NCBI GenBank assembly: GCA_041662125.1
Contig: JBAZTA010000001.1
Span: 518,379 to 582,378 of the forward strand
Origin: Candidatus Omnitrophota bacterium
GTDB lineage: Bacteria > Omnitrophota > Gorgyraeia > Gygaellales > Profunditerraquicolaceae
Direction of reading: 5' to 3'
DNA length: 64,000 bases
The translations under genes were made by a program, and so were the position numbers. Of the stretch, positions 50,517 through 60,035 are shown one piece after another. Position 1 is the first letter of the stretch; every line of letters starts with the position of its first letter. The notes under the pieces are model-generated. The model did not search any database, had not been told where the DNA came from, and saw only the letters and a list, made by a program, of their open reading frames with translations.

Positions 50517-51827
50517 CTACTTACACGTTGTCAAATCTTTAATAACCGTAACTACCCTTGCAACTTTACCGCCTTCTAAAATAGGGATCTTTCTTGTTTC
50601 CGTAGAAAACTTCTTATTTTTAATCTTAATCTTTTCTTTCGCAACCATGATCTTGCCGGTTTTAAACACTTTTTGATAGTCTTCACGCACGCTTTCAGAT
50701 AAGAACGGGTAAACGTCAAATAAGTGCTTGCCAATAACATGAGATTTTATCTTAAAATTCTTATTCCACTGCGTAAAAACCTTATTAACTAAAATAATAC
50801 GCAGTTGGCGGTCTACAACATAGACAGCCTCCCCCATAGAATCCAGCGTCATACGATATTGCAACTCCGATGATTTTCTTTTTTCCTCAGTAAGCTTATA
50901 TGCTGTAATATCATTCACATGGCCGTGATAATGAGTAATCCTTCCGTCACTGTCCCGGGGAACAACAATAAAAACATGCACCCATTTATACAGCCCGTCA
51001 GCGCAACGGATACGGTATTCCTCATCAAAACAGCCTGATCCCTCTTTACTATGCCCTTGGACATCTTTTTCCAATTTTTTGCGGTCATTCGGATGGATAA
51101 GGCTAGCGTAAAGTATCTTACCTTTCATAAAATCAGCCGGTTCATAGCCGAATTGCATTAATACATTTTCCGATACATATTCCACAGGCCAGCCTTCTTG
51201 AGCTTTCCACTTGAATACGACGGTCGGCCCGCTGATAAACAACTTCCTTTCAGCGTCTAACTCTTCCTGAACCCTGATACGCTTGTCAATTTCAAGATGC
51301 AGGTCTTCATTAGCTTTGCTGAGTTCTGCGGTGCGTACTTTTACCCGAATTCCCAATTCAGCCCGGGAGTTCCGTAAAGCTTCTTCCATTTTCTTGCGCT
51401 CGGTAATATCAAAAATAACTCCCACTAATCCTCCGGTAAGGCCTTCTTCATTCAGGAATGTCTCTTTATAAAAGACCACATTATGCCTGATTCCATTTTT
51501 AGAAGCAACATAGCTCTCATATTCCTGAATACCGCCTTCTTTAAATAATTCCTGGTCTTTCTTATGATAAATCTCAGCTAAATCCTTTGGGAAAAGATCG
51601 AAAACCGACTTACCCATAAGCTCATCTTTTGACAATCCGACATAACGCTCAAACTCAAGATTACACCCTAAATACCTGCCATTTGTATCTTTATAAAAAA
51701 TAGGAATGGGGATCGCATCAATAATAACCTGCAGGAAACGGAGTTGTTCCTGTGAATCAATCCGGGATTGTTCTGCATTACGCGGATCTGGCTCCGGTCC
51801 CTGGCCTGATTGTTGGTTATTCTGCAT
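50517..51827 (-). CDS. Triple-PAS-domain sensor protein without a recognisable output domain
   Basis: Three repeated PAS-like blocks (IPIPIFYKDTNGRYLGCNLEFERYVG...; VVFKWKAQEGWPVEYVSENV...; EAVYVVDRQLRIILVNKVF...) in 436 aa. Confidence 0.75.
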   Translation of the reverse strand: MQNNQQSGQGPEPDPRNAEQSRIDSQEQLRFLQVIIDAIPIPIFYKDTNGRYLGCNLEFERYVGLSKDELMGKSVFDLFPKDLAEIYHKKDQELFKEGGIQEYESYVASKNGIRHNVVFYKETFLNEEGLTGGLVGVIFDITERKKMEEALRNSRAELGIRVKVRTAELSKANEDLHLEIDKRIRVQEELDAERKLFISGPTVVFKWKAQEGWPVEYVSENVLMQFGYEPADFMKGKILYASLIHPNDRKKLEKDVQGHSKEGSGCFDEEYRIRCADGLYKWVHVFIVVPRDSDGRITHYHGHVNDITAYKLTEEKRKSSELQYRMTLDSMGEAVYVVDRQLRIILVNKVFTQWNKNFKIKSHVIGKHLFDVYPFLSESVREDYQKVFKTGKIMVAKEKIKIKNKKFSTETRKIPILEGGKVARVVTVIKDLTTCK

Positions 51828-51931
51828 ATTTACCCTTAGCTCTTCAGCCGCCTTCTTTACCTATATATGTAGCTGAGAGCCTATTATATAGTATCTTAAA
51901 TTATTATAACATTCACCTTAAGCCTGTCAAC

Positions 51932-53035
51932 CTAGATTTTAGCTCTTTTACCGGGAATCAGTGACGGATAATCTAACTTGAGCTCAAAAGGATATTCATG
52001 ATAATAATGATCCAATTTAAAGAAAAGGCTGTCTTGAGCCATTTTTTTAATGATTTTACTTAATGGTTTATCTTGCGCAGACAGAAAACCGGTATTATTC
52101 CTGACTTTTAAATATTGCGTATCAATCCCCGGGCAGATCATGGCAAGGCTGCATTTCAGGCATTCTTTATGATTATGAGCATTCTGGTTATAATTCACCG
52201 TAGGCCCTGGTTTAAAAGATGTATTTTTTCCCAAGAGCTGATTATTATTAAAAAACATCTTGTTTTTTCTTAGTTTCAACGGCAGCTCAAGGCAGAGATG
52301 TTCAAAACCGCTATACAAACAAAGCGGGAAACGGCTTATGACAACACCAATGCCGTTATTCAACGCGTATTTGAGAGCTCTTTGAAGGTAACCAGCAAAC
52401 TCATTGTAATCCGGCATAAGCCCCGGATTTTCAAAGACTCGCCCTTCAAGATTAAGCGTCTTTATATGCACCAGAAAATCCCTGCTTCCCAAGAGCTTTT
52501 TCAACAGCTTAAAAACTGCAAGTATTTTAGGAAAATTAACCGAATTTGGAATAAAATTAAAGAAAATAACCATCGTACTGCTATAATCCCTGATATTTTT
52601 TATCCCTTGGATCAATTCTTCAAATGCATCCACGCCCATAAGGGCGCGAAACATCGATCTATCATGAGCATGCACGGAAATTTCAATAGAATCAAGGTAT
52701 TTTAATATCCGGCGCGCGAATACCCGGTCAGCGAACTTAATGCCATTGGTGACTAAATACGTCTTTATACCCTGACGATGAATAAACCTCAAGATCTCCT
52801 CAAGGTCTTCCCGCAGCGTCGTCTCCCCCCCCATGAAATTGATCGCTTCAATACCCATCGATTTAAGTTTCAGCACCGTTTGCTTGATAACACTCAAATC
52901 GACATTAACCGGATGCGTATGCCGGCCTTCTGAACAAAACAGGCAAGACGCATTACAAAATGAAGTCACATTCAGGATCGCGGTCTCCCCCTTGATTTTC
53001 CTAACGCCGGTCTTGAGATCAGGTAATATGCTCAT
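51932..53035 (-). CDS. Radical SAM protein with a C-terminal SPASM/twitch-like Cys motif
   Basis: CNASCLFC (CxxxCxxC), GGETTL, and C-terminal CLKCSLAMICPG. Confidence 0.8.
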   Translation of the reverse strand: MSILPDLKTGVRKIKGETAILNVTSFCNASCLFCSEGRHTHPVNVDLSVIKQTVLKLKSMGIEAINFMGGETTLREDLEEILRFIHRQGIKTYLVTNGIKFADRVFARRILKYLDSIEISVHAHDRSMFRALMGVDAFEELIQGIKNIRDYSSTMVIFFNFIPNSVNFPKILAVFKLLKKLLGSRDFLVHIKTLNLEGRVFENPGLMPDYNEFAGYLQRALKYALNNGIGVVISRFPLCLYSGFEHLCLELPLKLRKNKMFFNNNQLLGKNTSFKPGPTVNYNQNAHNHKECLKCSLAMICPGIDTQYLKVRNNTGFLSAQDKPLSKIIKKMAQDSLFFKLDHYYHEYPFELKLDYPSLIPGKRAKI

Positions 53036-53064
53036 AATATTTTAAGGCTTCGGCCTTGGTAAAA

Positions 53065-54717
53065 TTATTTATCGGGCAGCACCCGTATATACGGTTTGTT
53101 AAGTTTAACAGAAATATCCTTGCCGATAAACTTTCCTGCCGCGTGATCACGGGTCTTAATAATAAGGGACGCGGAAGAATCACGGAATAATATAAATTTG
53201 CTTTGCATGGTATGGATTGCCTGGCCGCAATCGATAAAACAGGTTGCCGGATATTGCCTTCTCAGGCTTCCTGACGCACCATGCCCATGCACCCAGATCT
53301 CAGGCATTAACTGCCGAGGTAAAAGCTGAGTAAGCGGCAAACCGGCTTTGCCGACTTTTATCAAATCAATACGGTAATGAGAGAAGACAATCCTGATAAA
53401 ATCAACTTTCTTGTTCAAAATACTCATCAGCTTCTTAAACGTCTCCTCTGTTATCGTATCCGCAGCAACCAATTCTCTATGAGAGGGAAAAGCGTCTATC
53501 GGCAAAATAATGGAACAAATGTTGCCGTCCTCAAAAGACGAGAACAGATTATTTGAAAGATATTTACGAAAATACGCAATTTGAGGTTTCTTGTTTTTAT
53601 AGACATACTCATGATTTCCCAAAACATGTGTGATCTTTCTTCTCTCTGCACAATCGGAAAAGGCTTTTTTATACGCTGCATACGCTTTTGGCCCCTGATC
53701 GCCTTCCACCGTATCACCCACAAAGAAGCCTTTTGACCAGAAAATCGAATTACTGTCCCGCAATATCGCCCTTACCTTACCTGAATTGGTGAGCCCGGCA
53801 TGTAAATCAGCAAGGCACCAGAAAACCAGATATTTACGAGCAGCATTTATAGTATGCAACTCTCCATCACAGCCTAAGGCATCCTTGCAACCAGCACACT
53901 CATTCTTCTTACTCACCATTTTTTTAATAAGTGGAGCCAATCGTTTCTGTTTCCCGTTTTCAAAGACAAGCCTAATGTTCCCTAAATTTGCGTTTCCTGT
54001 GATTTTAAATTTATGTAAGCCTCTCACCAGGCACGGGGGGATAAAACGAAGCGCCCCTGAAGTAAAACGGGTTAAAGAAAGGTTCCTCCCTAATCTGCGG
54101 ATATCGTTATAGTCAAGCATCCTGTCCTTATCAATAACGATTTCGTTTGTAAAATCAAGATTTGAAGGCACTACCGGGCTTACCATAAAAAAATGAAGCC
54201 CTCTGGCAGCGAAGAAATCGAGCGTTTTATGGACACCGGTAATGTTATAGCGGTGGACCAGAAGGCTCCCCCCCAGCTCAACTTTTTTTCCGCGAAGGTT
54301 CTTAATACCCTGCAGGAGTTCTGCGAAACTTCCCTTTACCCCGGTAATTTTTTCATAACTCTCTTGTTTATGCGAATGAAGAGAAAAAATTATCTTGGTC
54401 AAGCCCGCCTCAATGATCCTCTCGCAGAAATCACGATAATAAAACATCCTCCCGTTGGTAAAAAGCGTTATGTTCGTAAAACCATGCCTTTGGGCCTCGC
54501 GGACATACTCGAATATATGGGGGCTAATGGTAGGTTCTGCCCCGCTCAAATCAAGGCTCTTATATCCACGCCCGGCAGCAAGCCTGATTTCTGCCAATAC
54601 AAACTTTTTGTTACTATAGCCCTGAGGAGCAACCTCACAGAAAAAACACGCATTGTTACATGCATGGGTGAACTGAATGATGATTATTTTCTTTCGGTTT
54701 TTTTCCTGAATCAACAT
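53065..54717 (-). CDS. Radical SAM - metallophosphoesterase (calcineurin-like) fusion protein
   Basis: N-terminal CNNACFFC plus SGAEPT. The C-terminal half carries all MPE motifs: ADLHAG, GDTVEGDQG, GNHEY and HGHG. The start is probably the MLIQEK Met. Confidence 0.8.
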   Translation of the reverse strand: MLIQEKNRKKIIIIQFTHACNNACFFCEVAPQGYSNKKFVLAEIRLAAGRGYKSLDLSGAEPTISPHIFEYVREAQRHGFTNITLFTNGRMFYYRDFCERIIEAGLTKIIFSLHSHKQESYEKITGVKGSFAELLQGIKNLRGKKVELGGSLLVHRYNITGVHKTLDFFAARGLHFFMVSPVVPSNLDFTNEIVIDKDRMLDYNDIRRLGRNLSLTRFTSGALRFIPPCLVRGLHKFKITGNANLGNIRLVFENGKQKRLAPLIKKMVSKKNECAGCKDALGCDGELHTINAARKYLVFWCLADLHAGLTNSGKVRAILRDSNSIFWSKGFFVGDTVEGDQGPKAYAAYKKAFSDCAERRKITHVLGNHEYVYKNKKPQIAYFRKYLSNNLFSSFEDGNICSIILPIDAFPSHRELVAADTITEETFKKLMSILNKKVDFIRIVFSHYRIDLIKVGKAGLPLTQLLPRQLMPEIWVHGHGASGSLRRQYPATCFIDCGQAIHTMQSKFILFRDSSASLIIKTRDHAAGKFIGKDISVKLNKPYIRVLPDK

Positions 54718-54730
54718 GTGTAACCCTGCG

Positions 54731-55858
54731 CTATTGTGCTCTCTCCGCATAATGATAAAAACACCCCTTACAACCGGGAGAAAGGCTCTTGGAAAACAAG
54801 GCTCTTACCTTTTGCGCCTGCCTGCCATTCCAGATTTCTGAAAATGAATGCTCCTTGATATTTCCGATAAAAACATCGTGACAGACATAAATATCGCCAT
54901 TAGGCATAACGTTGACCTGATGCCAGGGAGCTGTACAATACCGGCAATAATGCAAGGCTCCCCGGTTATCTTTATAATACGGGATTATCTCATCCGGATA
55001 CAGGTCAGGGCTAAAAGATACCGCGCGGAGCTTTTTAACTTTCCTGATCTCGGCAATAAATCGGGAGAAATCAATATACCCCGGAGAATAGGTATATCCC
55101 GGCCAAAGCTCAAGCGCCGTAATATTAAGTTTATCACGCAAGAACTTTTCTTGCATTTTCAATGTCTGCCGGTTTATGAACATCAAATGCTGAAAATGGT
55201 AATTGTCAACCGCAATGCCGGCATTCTGCATGAATGCAATGAACTCTCCCATATGCGCATAACTCAGGTCTGAAATAGTATATAACATATTTAAACGCGG
55301 GCGGTTTGCATGCTTTTTCTTATACAGCGTAAGGGCGGCTAAGCCCTTTACAATCGTCTTAAAATGAGCGGGAGAATCTTCCCTGATCAGATGAAGGATC
55401 GACGGCGGCCCCCCCAGGGAGAGGCTAACCTGGTCTAATACCCGAACAGCCTTATCCATGTTTTTTAAAAGATAGACTCCGTTTGTGGTAACAGAAACCC
55501 GCACCCCTTGTTTTTTGAAACACTGAGCCAGATTGTACCAGTGCGCAGACAACAATGGTTCCCCTCCGGAGAAAGTCACTGTTTTAGGATGAAACGCCAT
55601 TACTTCTTGTGCGAATCTTTCCAAATCTTCCTGGCTTAAAGAAGCTTTATATTTGTTAAGAAACCCTTTTTTTCTGCACGGCCCTTTGATCCCCCACCAT
55701 GAGCAAACTTTACAGCGCAGGTTACAGCGAAGCGAGAACATGATGTAAACTTCCCCTACAGAGGTAGCCTTCAACAAGTCACTACTGGCTCTTCCCTTAA
55801 GCGATAAAGCCAAGGCTTGTGTATCTACTGTTAAATCAAGCATCGCGCCTCCTTGCAT
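54731..55858 (-). CDS. Radical SAM / SPASM-domain protein
   Basis: CNLRCKVC, SGGEPLL, and C-terminal CRYCTAPW...CHDV...GCKGC SPASM-like cysteines. Confidence 0.82.
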   Translation of the reverse strand: MQGGAMLDLTVDTQALALSLKGRASSDLLKATSVGEVYIMFSLRCNLRCKVCSWWGIKGPCRKKGFLNKYKASLSQEDLERFAQEVMAFHPKTVTFSGGEPLLSAHWYNLAQCFKKQGVRVSVTTNGVYLLKNMDKAVRVLDQVSLSLGGPPSILHLIREDSPAHFKTIVKGLAALTLYKKKHANRPRLNMLYTISDLSYAHMGEFIAFMQNAGIAVDNYHFQHLMFINRQTLKMQEKFLRDKLNITALELWPGYTYSPGYIDFSRFIAEIRKVKKLRAVSFSPDLYPDEIIPYYKDNRGALHYCRYCTAPWHQVNVMPNGDIYVCHDVFIGNIKEHSFSEIWNGRQAQKVRALFSKSLSPGCKGCFYHYAERAQ

Positions 55859-57822
55859 CCCGGCTGCTTAATCGGAAAATACATTTCTGAGTGAAAAAAT
55901 TCCCGGAACAATTCCTCTCGCATAAGGCTATTCACGACAATTTCTTTTTTCCGCGAGCCGCGCTTATATACATTGATGACACGCAATAATGCGGTGTCAA
56001 GATCACACAGAAAAATCTTATTGTGACGCAACCAACCAACATCGCCGATAAGACTGGCTTCTTTGAGCCTTCGGAAACGTTTAGAAAAAACAAGGTTGCC
56101 GCAGAGATACACCTTTCCTTGCCCATCAACGGTAATATCAGTTGAGGCAGCTCCAAAAACGCCGGGGATTCCACAGTTCAATATCGAAACGCCCTTACGA
56201 AAATAAAGGTCTCTGCTTATTTTAAAAAGAGATACCAGGGCGCAGGCTACAGAAGAAGCATCATACAAGATACCGGGATCATAAGAAAATCTTATTTTCC
56301 TGACCCCCTGCTTGATCAAAAAAGAAATATCTTCCTCAAAACCCTCAAGATGCAAAAAAGGCACGTCCTGTATAACCCCAAAATCACTGCCGTTTTTCTT
56401 CAAAAGTTTTATTAATCCCGATATCTGCCGCTTAAAGGCGATATTCTTTACTGATGCGTGGATACCCCCACCTATTTTCAAAAGACATAAAACACGGTGC
56501 CGCAACAGGAAATTAATTTTATCTTCGTCTAAAAACAACCCCCCAGTAACCAGCGTACAAGAAACCTGCTTACGGGAAGACTTCTTTTTTTGCTGAACAT
56601 AACTAAGAGCTGCCTTGATCATTTCAAAATGCGCCAGCGGCTCTGCTCCGGAAAACTCCAGTTCAAAGCTCTCTTGCGAAGAAGTAAAAAGCATATCAAT
56701 AGACTTCTTCAAAACATCTTCACGCATACCCGGGCCGATCATCAGAGAAACTTTACCGAAAGAGCGATACCAGCCGGCATGGATACTCTGAGCGCGAGGC
56801 TGTTTTTCGAAAAGGGAATATTCTTGGCGCAAATGATTGAATTTATATAAAAACTCTGCGGCAATACCCATATACAGAATATGCATAAATTTCTGATGCA
56901 AACTCCGGGCGTATCTACGGATTATCGCTGCCTGCTTACCTTTAGTCATTTTTAAAGCTGTCAAATCCTTACAGTCATCGAGCTTGCCAAAATAAAAAAT
57001 ACGGTTTAATTCCGGGTATGCCCTCTCCAATACCAGCGCACACCCGATATATATCGATCCTGAGGCAGTTATGCTGATCTGAGGGCAATAAAAAACCGGT
57101 TCGCAATCTACGTCAAAATTTATGATCCGCGCGGTATGTCCATGCACTGATTTTAACAAAAACCCGAGCTCTGTAATATATCCGAGAAAATCCTGTCGCG
57201 AATATTTCTGCCCCAACGCATACGCTATCCAGATACGCCGTATCCCTTTTTTGATGAGAAAATCAATATTTTTACGCATAAGCGGGATATCTTCGCTCAA
57301 AACCACCATACTGACAAAATACCGGGCTTTATGCTTATTCAACAGGCCGATATTACGCAGTACCGTATTGAAATACTCTTTATTGCCTCCTATCATCGGC
57401 CTGTTCTTTAACTGCGTCAGCCGCGCGCCGTCGATACTGACCATGATCTCGACTTTTTCCCGCGTCAAAAAACCGATCTTCTCTTCATCCAAGAGCAGGC
57501 CATTAGTAGTGAGTAAATATGTAATTCTTTTACCGGTAGCCCTTTTTCTTTGGCCCGCATAATACAGTGCTTTCTGGATCAGGTCGAACCGCATAAGAGG
57601 CTCGCCGCCAAAGAACTGCAGTTCAACTTTTTTCTCAGGAGAAGTAAACAACAGATCAATAGACTTCTTCAAAACATCTTCCGGCATATCCGGCTGAGTG
57701 CGGTTAAGAAAACAATACCGGCAGGACAGCGGACAGCGGGTAGTAAGCAATAAAGCAACATTACGGATGCTTGACGGCTCTTTAAAGCGCGTGAAATTCA
57801 CGGGTTCCATATTTACGGGCAT
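55831..57822 (-). CDS. Internally duplicated radical SAM (anSME/SPASM-twitch-like) protein. The first half has CPLSCRYC; the second half has a degenerate cluster motif.
   Basis: Halves align (PEDVLKKSIDLLFTSPEKKVELQFFGGEPL versus REDVLKKSIDMLFTSSQESFELEFSGAEPL). A 27-nt identical DNA segment, atcaatagacttcttcaaaacatcttc, occurs at both ~56690 and ~57655. The start is uncertain because the ORF-track start overlaps the upstream gene by 188 nt. Confidence 0.78.
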   Translation of the reverse strand: MPVNMEPVNFTRFKEPSSIRNVALLLTTRCPLSCRYCFLNRTQPDMPEDVLKKSIDLLFTSPEKKVELQFFGGEPLMRFDLIQKALYYAGQRKRATGKRITYLLTTNGLLLDEEKIGFLTREKVEIMVSIDGARLTQLKNRPMIGGNKEYFNTVLRNIGLLNKHKARYFVSMVVLSEDIPLMRKNIDFLIKKGIRRIWIAYALGQKYSRQDFLGYITELGFLLKSVHGHTARIINFDVDCEPVFYCPQISITASGSIYIGCALVLERAYPELNRIFYFGKLDDCKDLTALKMTKGKQAAIIRRYARSLHQKFMHILYMGIAAEFLYKFNHLRQEYSLFEKQPRAQSIHAGWYRSFGKVSLMIGPGMREDVLKKSIDMLFTSSQESFELEFSGAEPLAHFEMIKAALSYVQQKKKSSRKQVSCTLVTGGLFLDEDKINFLLRHRVLCLLKIGGGIHASVKNIAFKRQISGLIKLLKKNGSDFGVIQDVPFLHLEGFEEDISFLIKQGVRKIRFSYDPGILYDASSVACALVSLFKISRDLYFRKGVSILNCGIPGVFGAASTDITVDGQGKVYLCGNLVFSKRFRRLKEASLIGDVGWLRHNKIFLCDLDTALLRVINVYKRGSRKKEIVVNSLMREELFREFFHSEMYFPIKQPGCKEARCLI

Positions 57823-60013
57823 ACGCGGACCAGACTCCTTCGCACCAGCCATTTTCTTTGCATGATGCGCAAAATTTAAACTTGCGTTTCTTTGACAAAC
57901 GTTGTTTAGAACACTCACGCAAGGCACTCCCAAGCGTAATGACTTCGTCAAACGGACGATATGGCTCAAAAGCGCGCGCGCGTAATTGAGCTAATGAGCA
58001 TAAAGGAAACCCTTCAAAATACAATTTCTGGATGAATTCCGGCAGCTCAACGCATATCCGCTGGAGCTGACGCATAACTTCCGATATCGCAGGAAGAGCG
58101 TTTTTTGGAACCTGAATATGGCCTAATGAATTGCTTACGAAAACCAGATGTAATTCATCAACACCCAGCTTGAGCAAAACCGAACAACATTCAAACAACG
58201 AGTCAAGATTAGCGTTAGTGATAACGATATCCGCCTGGATAGAAAGGCAACGCGCGTTTTCCCTGATATTCCTGATCCCGGTAATTGCCTGGCGGAAAGA
58301 ACCGGGGACTCTGCTTATCTGATCATGGACAGGCCCCAGCCCAAAAAAAGGGATGATAACTTTTTCTAAAGAAGTAAAACCGTTCAATACTTTAACCAGT
58401 CCCGGATACGATAACATACGCGCATTGGTGTATAAGAAAAGGTTATGCATTTCCAATTCGTCGCAATAGCGCAATATATCCCTCATATCTTTTCTTAATA
58501 ACGGCTCTGCGCCTGCCAAAACAACATACTCCCCCCTGCTCTTAACAAGCTCTAACTCAGATTTTATCTGCTTGAGGCTTTTTTTCACCCGGCGGCTTTC
58601 TTTAACCAACGAGCAAAACGCGCAATTATTATTACAGGTATTTGAAATTTGGATGATACTCATCCGGGGCTTTATCATGTTAGATAGTTCTTTAAGCTTT
58701 TTTTCGCTATGCTCAAGGGTAAAAGCAGGAGGACAATGGTTGGAACCTAGATAATACTTTTTCGGGAGCAAACCTCTTTCTTCAAAGATATCATGGATCC
58801 GCGTCATCGGATAGACCTTGACAATATTCACTAAAAGGTTGTCCGGATTACAATCACGCACATAATAGGCGGTTTCCCTTATCGTCTCCTCTGTTTCACC
58901 CAAATTCCCGACCATAAGCATAAGCACGGTACGTATCCCCGCTCGCGCGGTAAGCTTTAAAGCCTTTTTCGACTTAATTAAATCGAGGTTCTTGCCAATT
59001 GAACGTTGAATCTCTCCCGATGCGCTCTCTAAACCATACGATATCTCAAAACAGCCGGCCTGCGCCATAAAAGCAAGTAAGGGCGCGTCAACCGAATCAG
59101 AACGTGTCATACACGTCCAGCTTATGGTAAGCCCTGCTTGCATGATCCCTTTACATATTGCGATAACTCTGCGCCTGTCCCGGGTAAAGAAATTATCCCC
59201 AAAGACAAAATTCTTAATCTTGAACTTTTTATGGAAATAAGCGACCATCGCGACAAAATACTCAGGGCTATGAAACCGCATTTTGTCCTGGATCACCTTA
59301 CTCATCGGGCAGAAATTACAGCTATACACACAGCCGCGGGAAGAAAGCAATAAAAGGGCGTTGCGGAAGCTCGTGCAACGTTTCCCCAGGATAAAGTTCC
59401 TTTTGGCTGAAATAGTATCCAAACAGTTGATCTTATCCTGAAATCCGCTAAAAAGATGAAATGCCGGGTATGGCAGGGAATCCAGGTCGGTAATACCACG
59501 CCGATCTTCGGTGCGTAACACTTTTCTGCCCTGCCGATACGCTATCCCATCAATAGCGCTGATATCCCCTCCTTTTGTTTTAAGGCAGCAGACTAATTCA
59601 AGAAAGGACTGCTCGCCTTCTCCGATAACGATATAATCAACCGGAAAATGCTTCAGGAGAAACTCATATTTATCTGTCGCAAACGGCCCACCGAGAATAA
59701 TGATTGCCAGGGGCGCGGCATCTTTTATCGTTTTGATCAACTCATAGACCGGTCCGCGCGTGCAGCTTTGAATGGTGATACCGATATAACGGGGCCTGGT
59801 TTTCAGTATCCGCCTGAAGCTTTTAAGCATCACCGGCACCGGCTCAAGGTCAAAATCATAGACACTGACAGGGATATGATTTTTAAGCAAAGAGGCGGCA
59901 ATCAAACTGATCCCATACGCAGGGCCGAAGTAATTTGGCGCCGGGTCCGGGTTCGTCGGGTTTACGAGGACTATTTCATGCTTAGAAAATTTATTTCGCA
60001 GGCTCATGATCAT
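57782..60013 (-). CDS. B12-binding-domain radical SAM fused to a second radical SAM domain (743 aa)
   Basis: N-terminal B12-binding-like Rossmann region, first cluster motif CVYSCNFC and a second CNNNCAFC with AGAEPLL in the C-terminal half. Confidence 0.82.
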   Translation of the reverse strand: MIMSLRNKFSKHEIVLVNPTNPDPAPNYFGPAYGISLIAASLLKNHIPVSVYDFDLEPVPVMLKSFRRILKTRPRYIGITIQSCTRGPVYELIKTIKDAAPLAIIILGGPFATDKYEFLLKHFPVDYIVIGEGEQSFLELVCCLKTKGGDISAIDGIAYRQGRKVLRTEDRRGITDLDSLPYPAFHLFSGFQDKINCLDTISAKRNFILGKRCTSFRNALLLLSSRGCVYSCNFCPMSKVIQDKMRFHSPEYFVAMVAYFHKKFKIKNFVFGDNFFTRDRRRVIAICKGIMQAGLTISWTCMTRSDSVDAPLLAFMAQAGCFEISYGLESASGEIQRSIGKNLDLIKSKKALKLTARAGIRTVLMLMVGNLGETEETIRETAYYVRDCNPDNLLVNIVKVYPMTRIHDIFEERGLLPKKYYLGSNHCPPAFTLEHSEKKLKELSNMIKPRMSIIQISNTCNNNCAFCSLVKESRRVKKSLKQIKSELELVKSRGEYVVLAGAEPLLRKDMRDILRYCDELEMHNLFLYTNARMLSYPGLVKVLNGFTSLEKVIIPFFGLGPVHDQISRVPGSFRQAITGIRNIRENARCLSIQADIVITNANLDSLFECCSVLLKLGVDELHLVFVSNSLGHIQVPKNALPAISEVMRQLQRICVELPEFIQKLYFEGFPLCSLAQLRARAFEPYRPFDEVITLGSALRECSKQRLSKKRKFKFCASCKENGWCEGVWSAYARKYGTREFHAL

Positions 60014-60035
60014 CTCTTATGTAATCAGCACGCTC

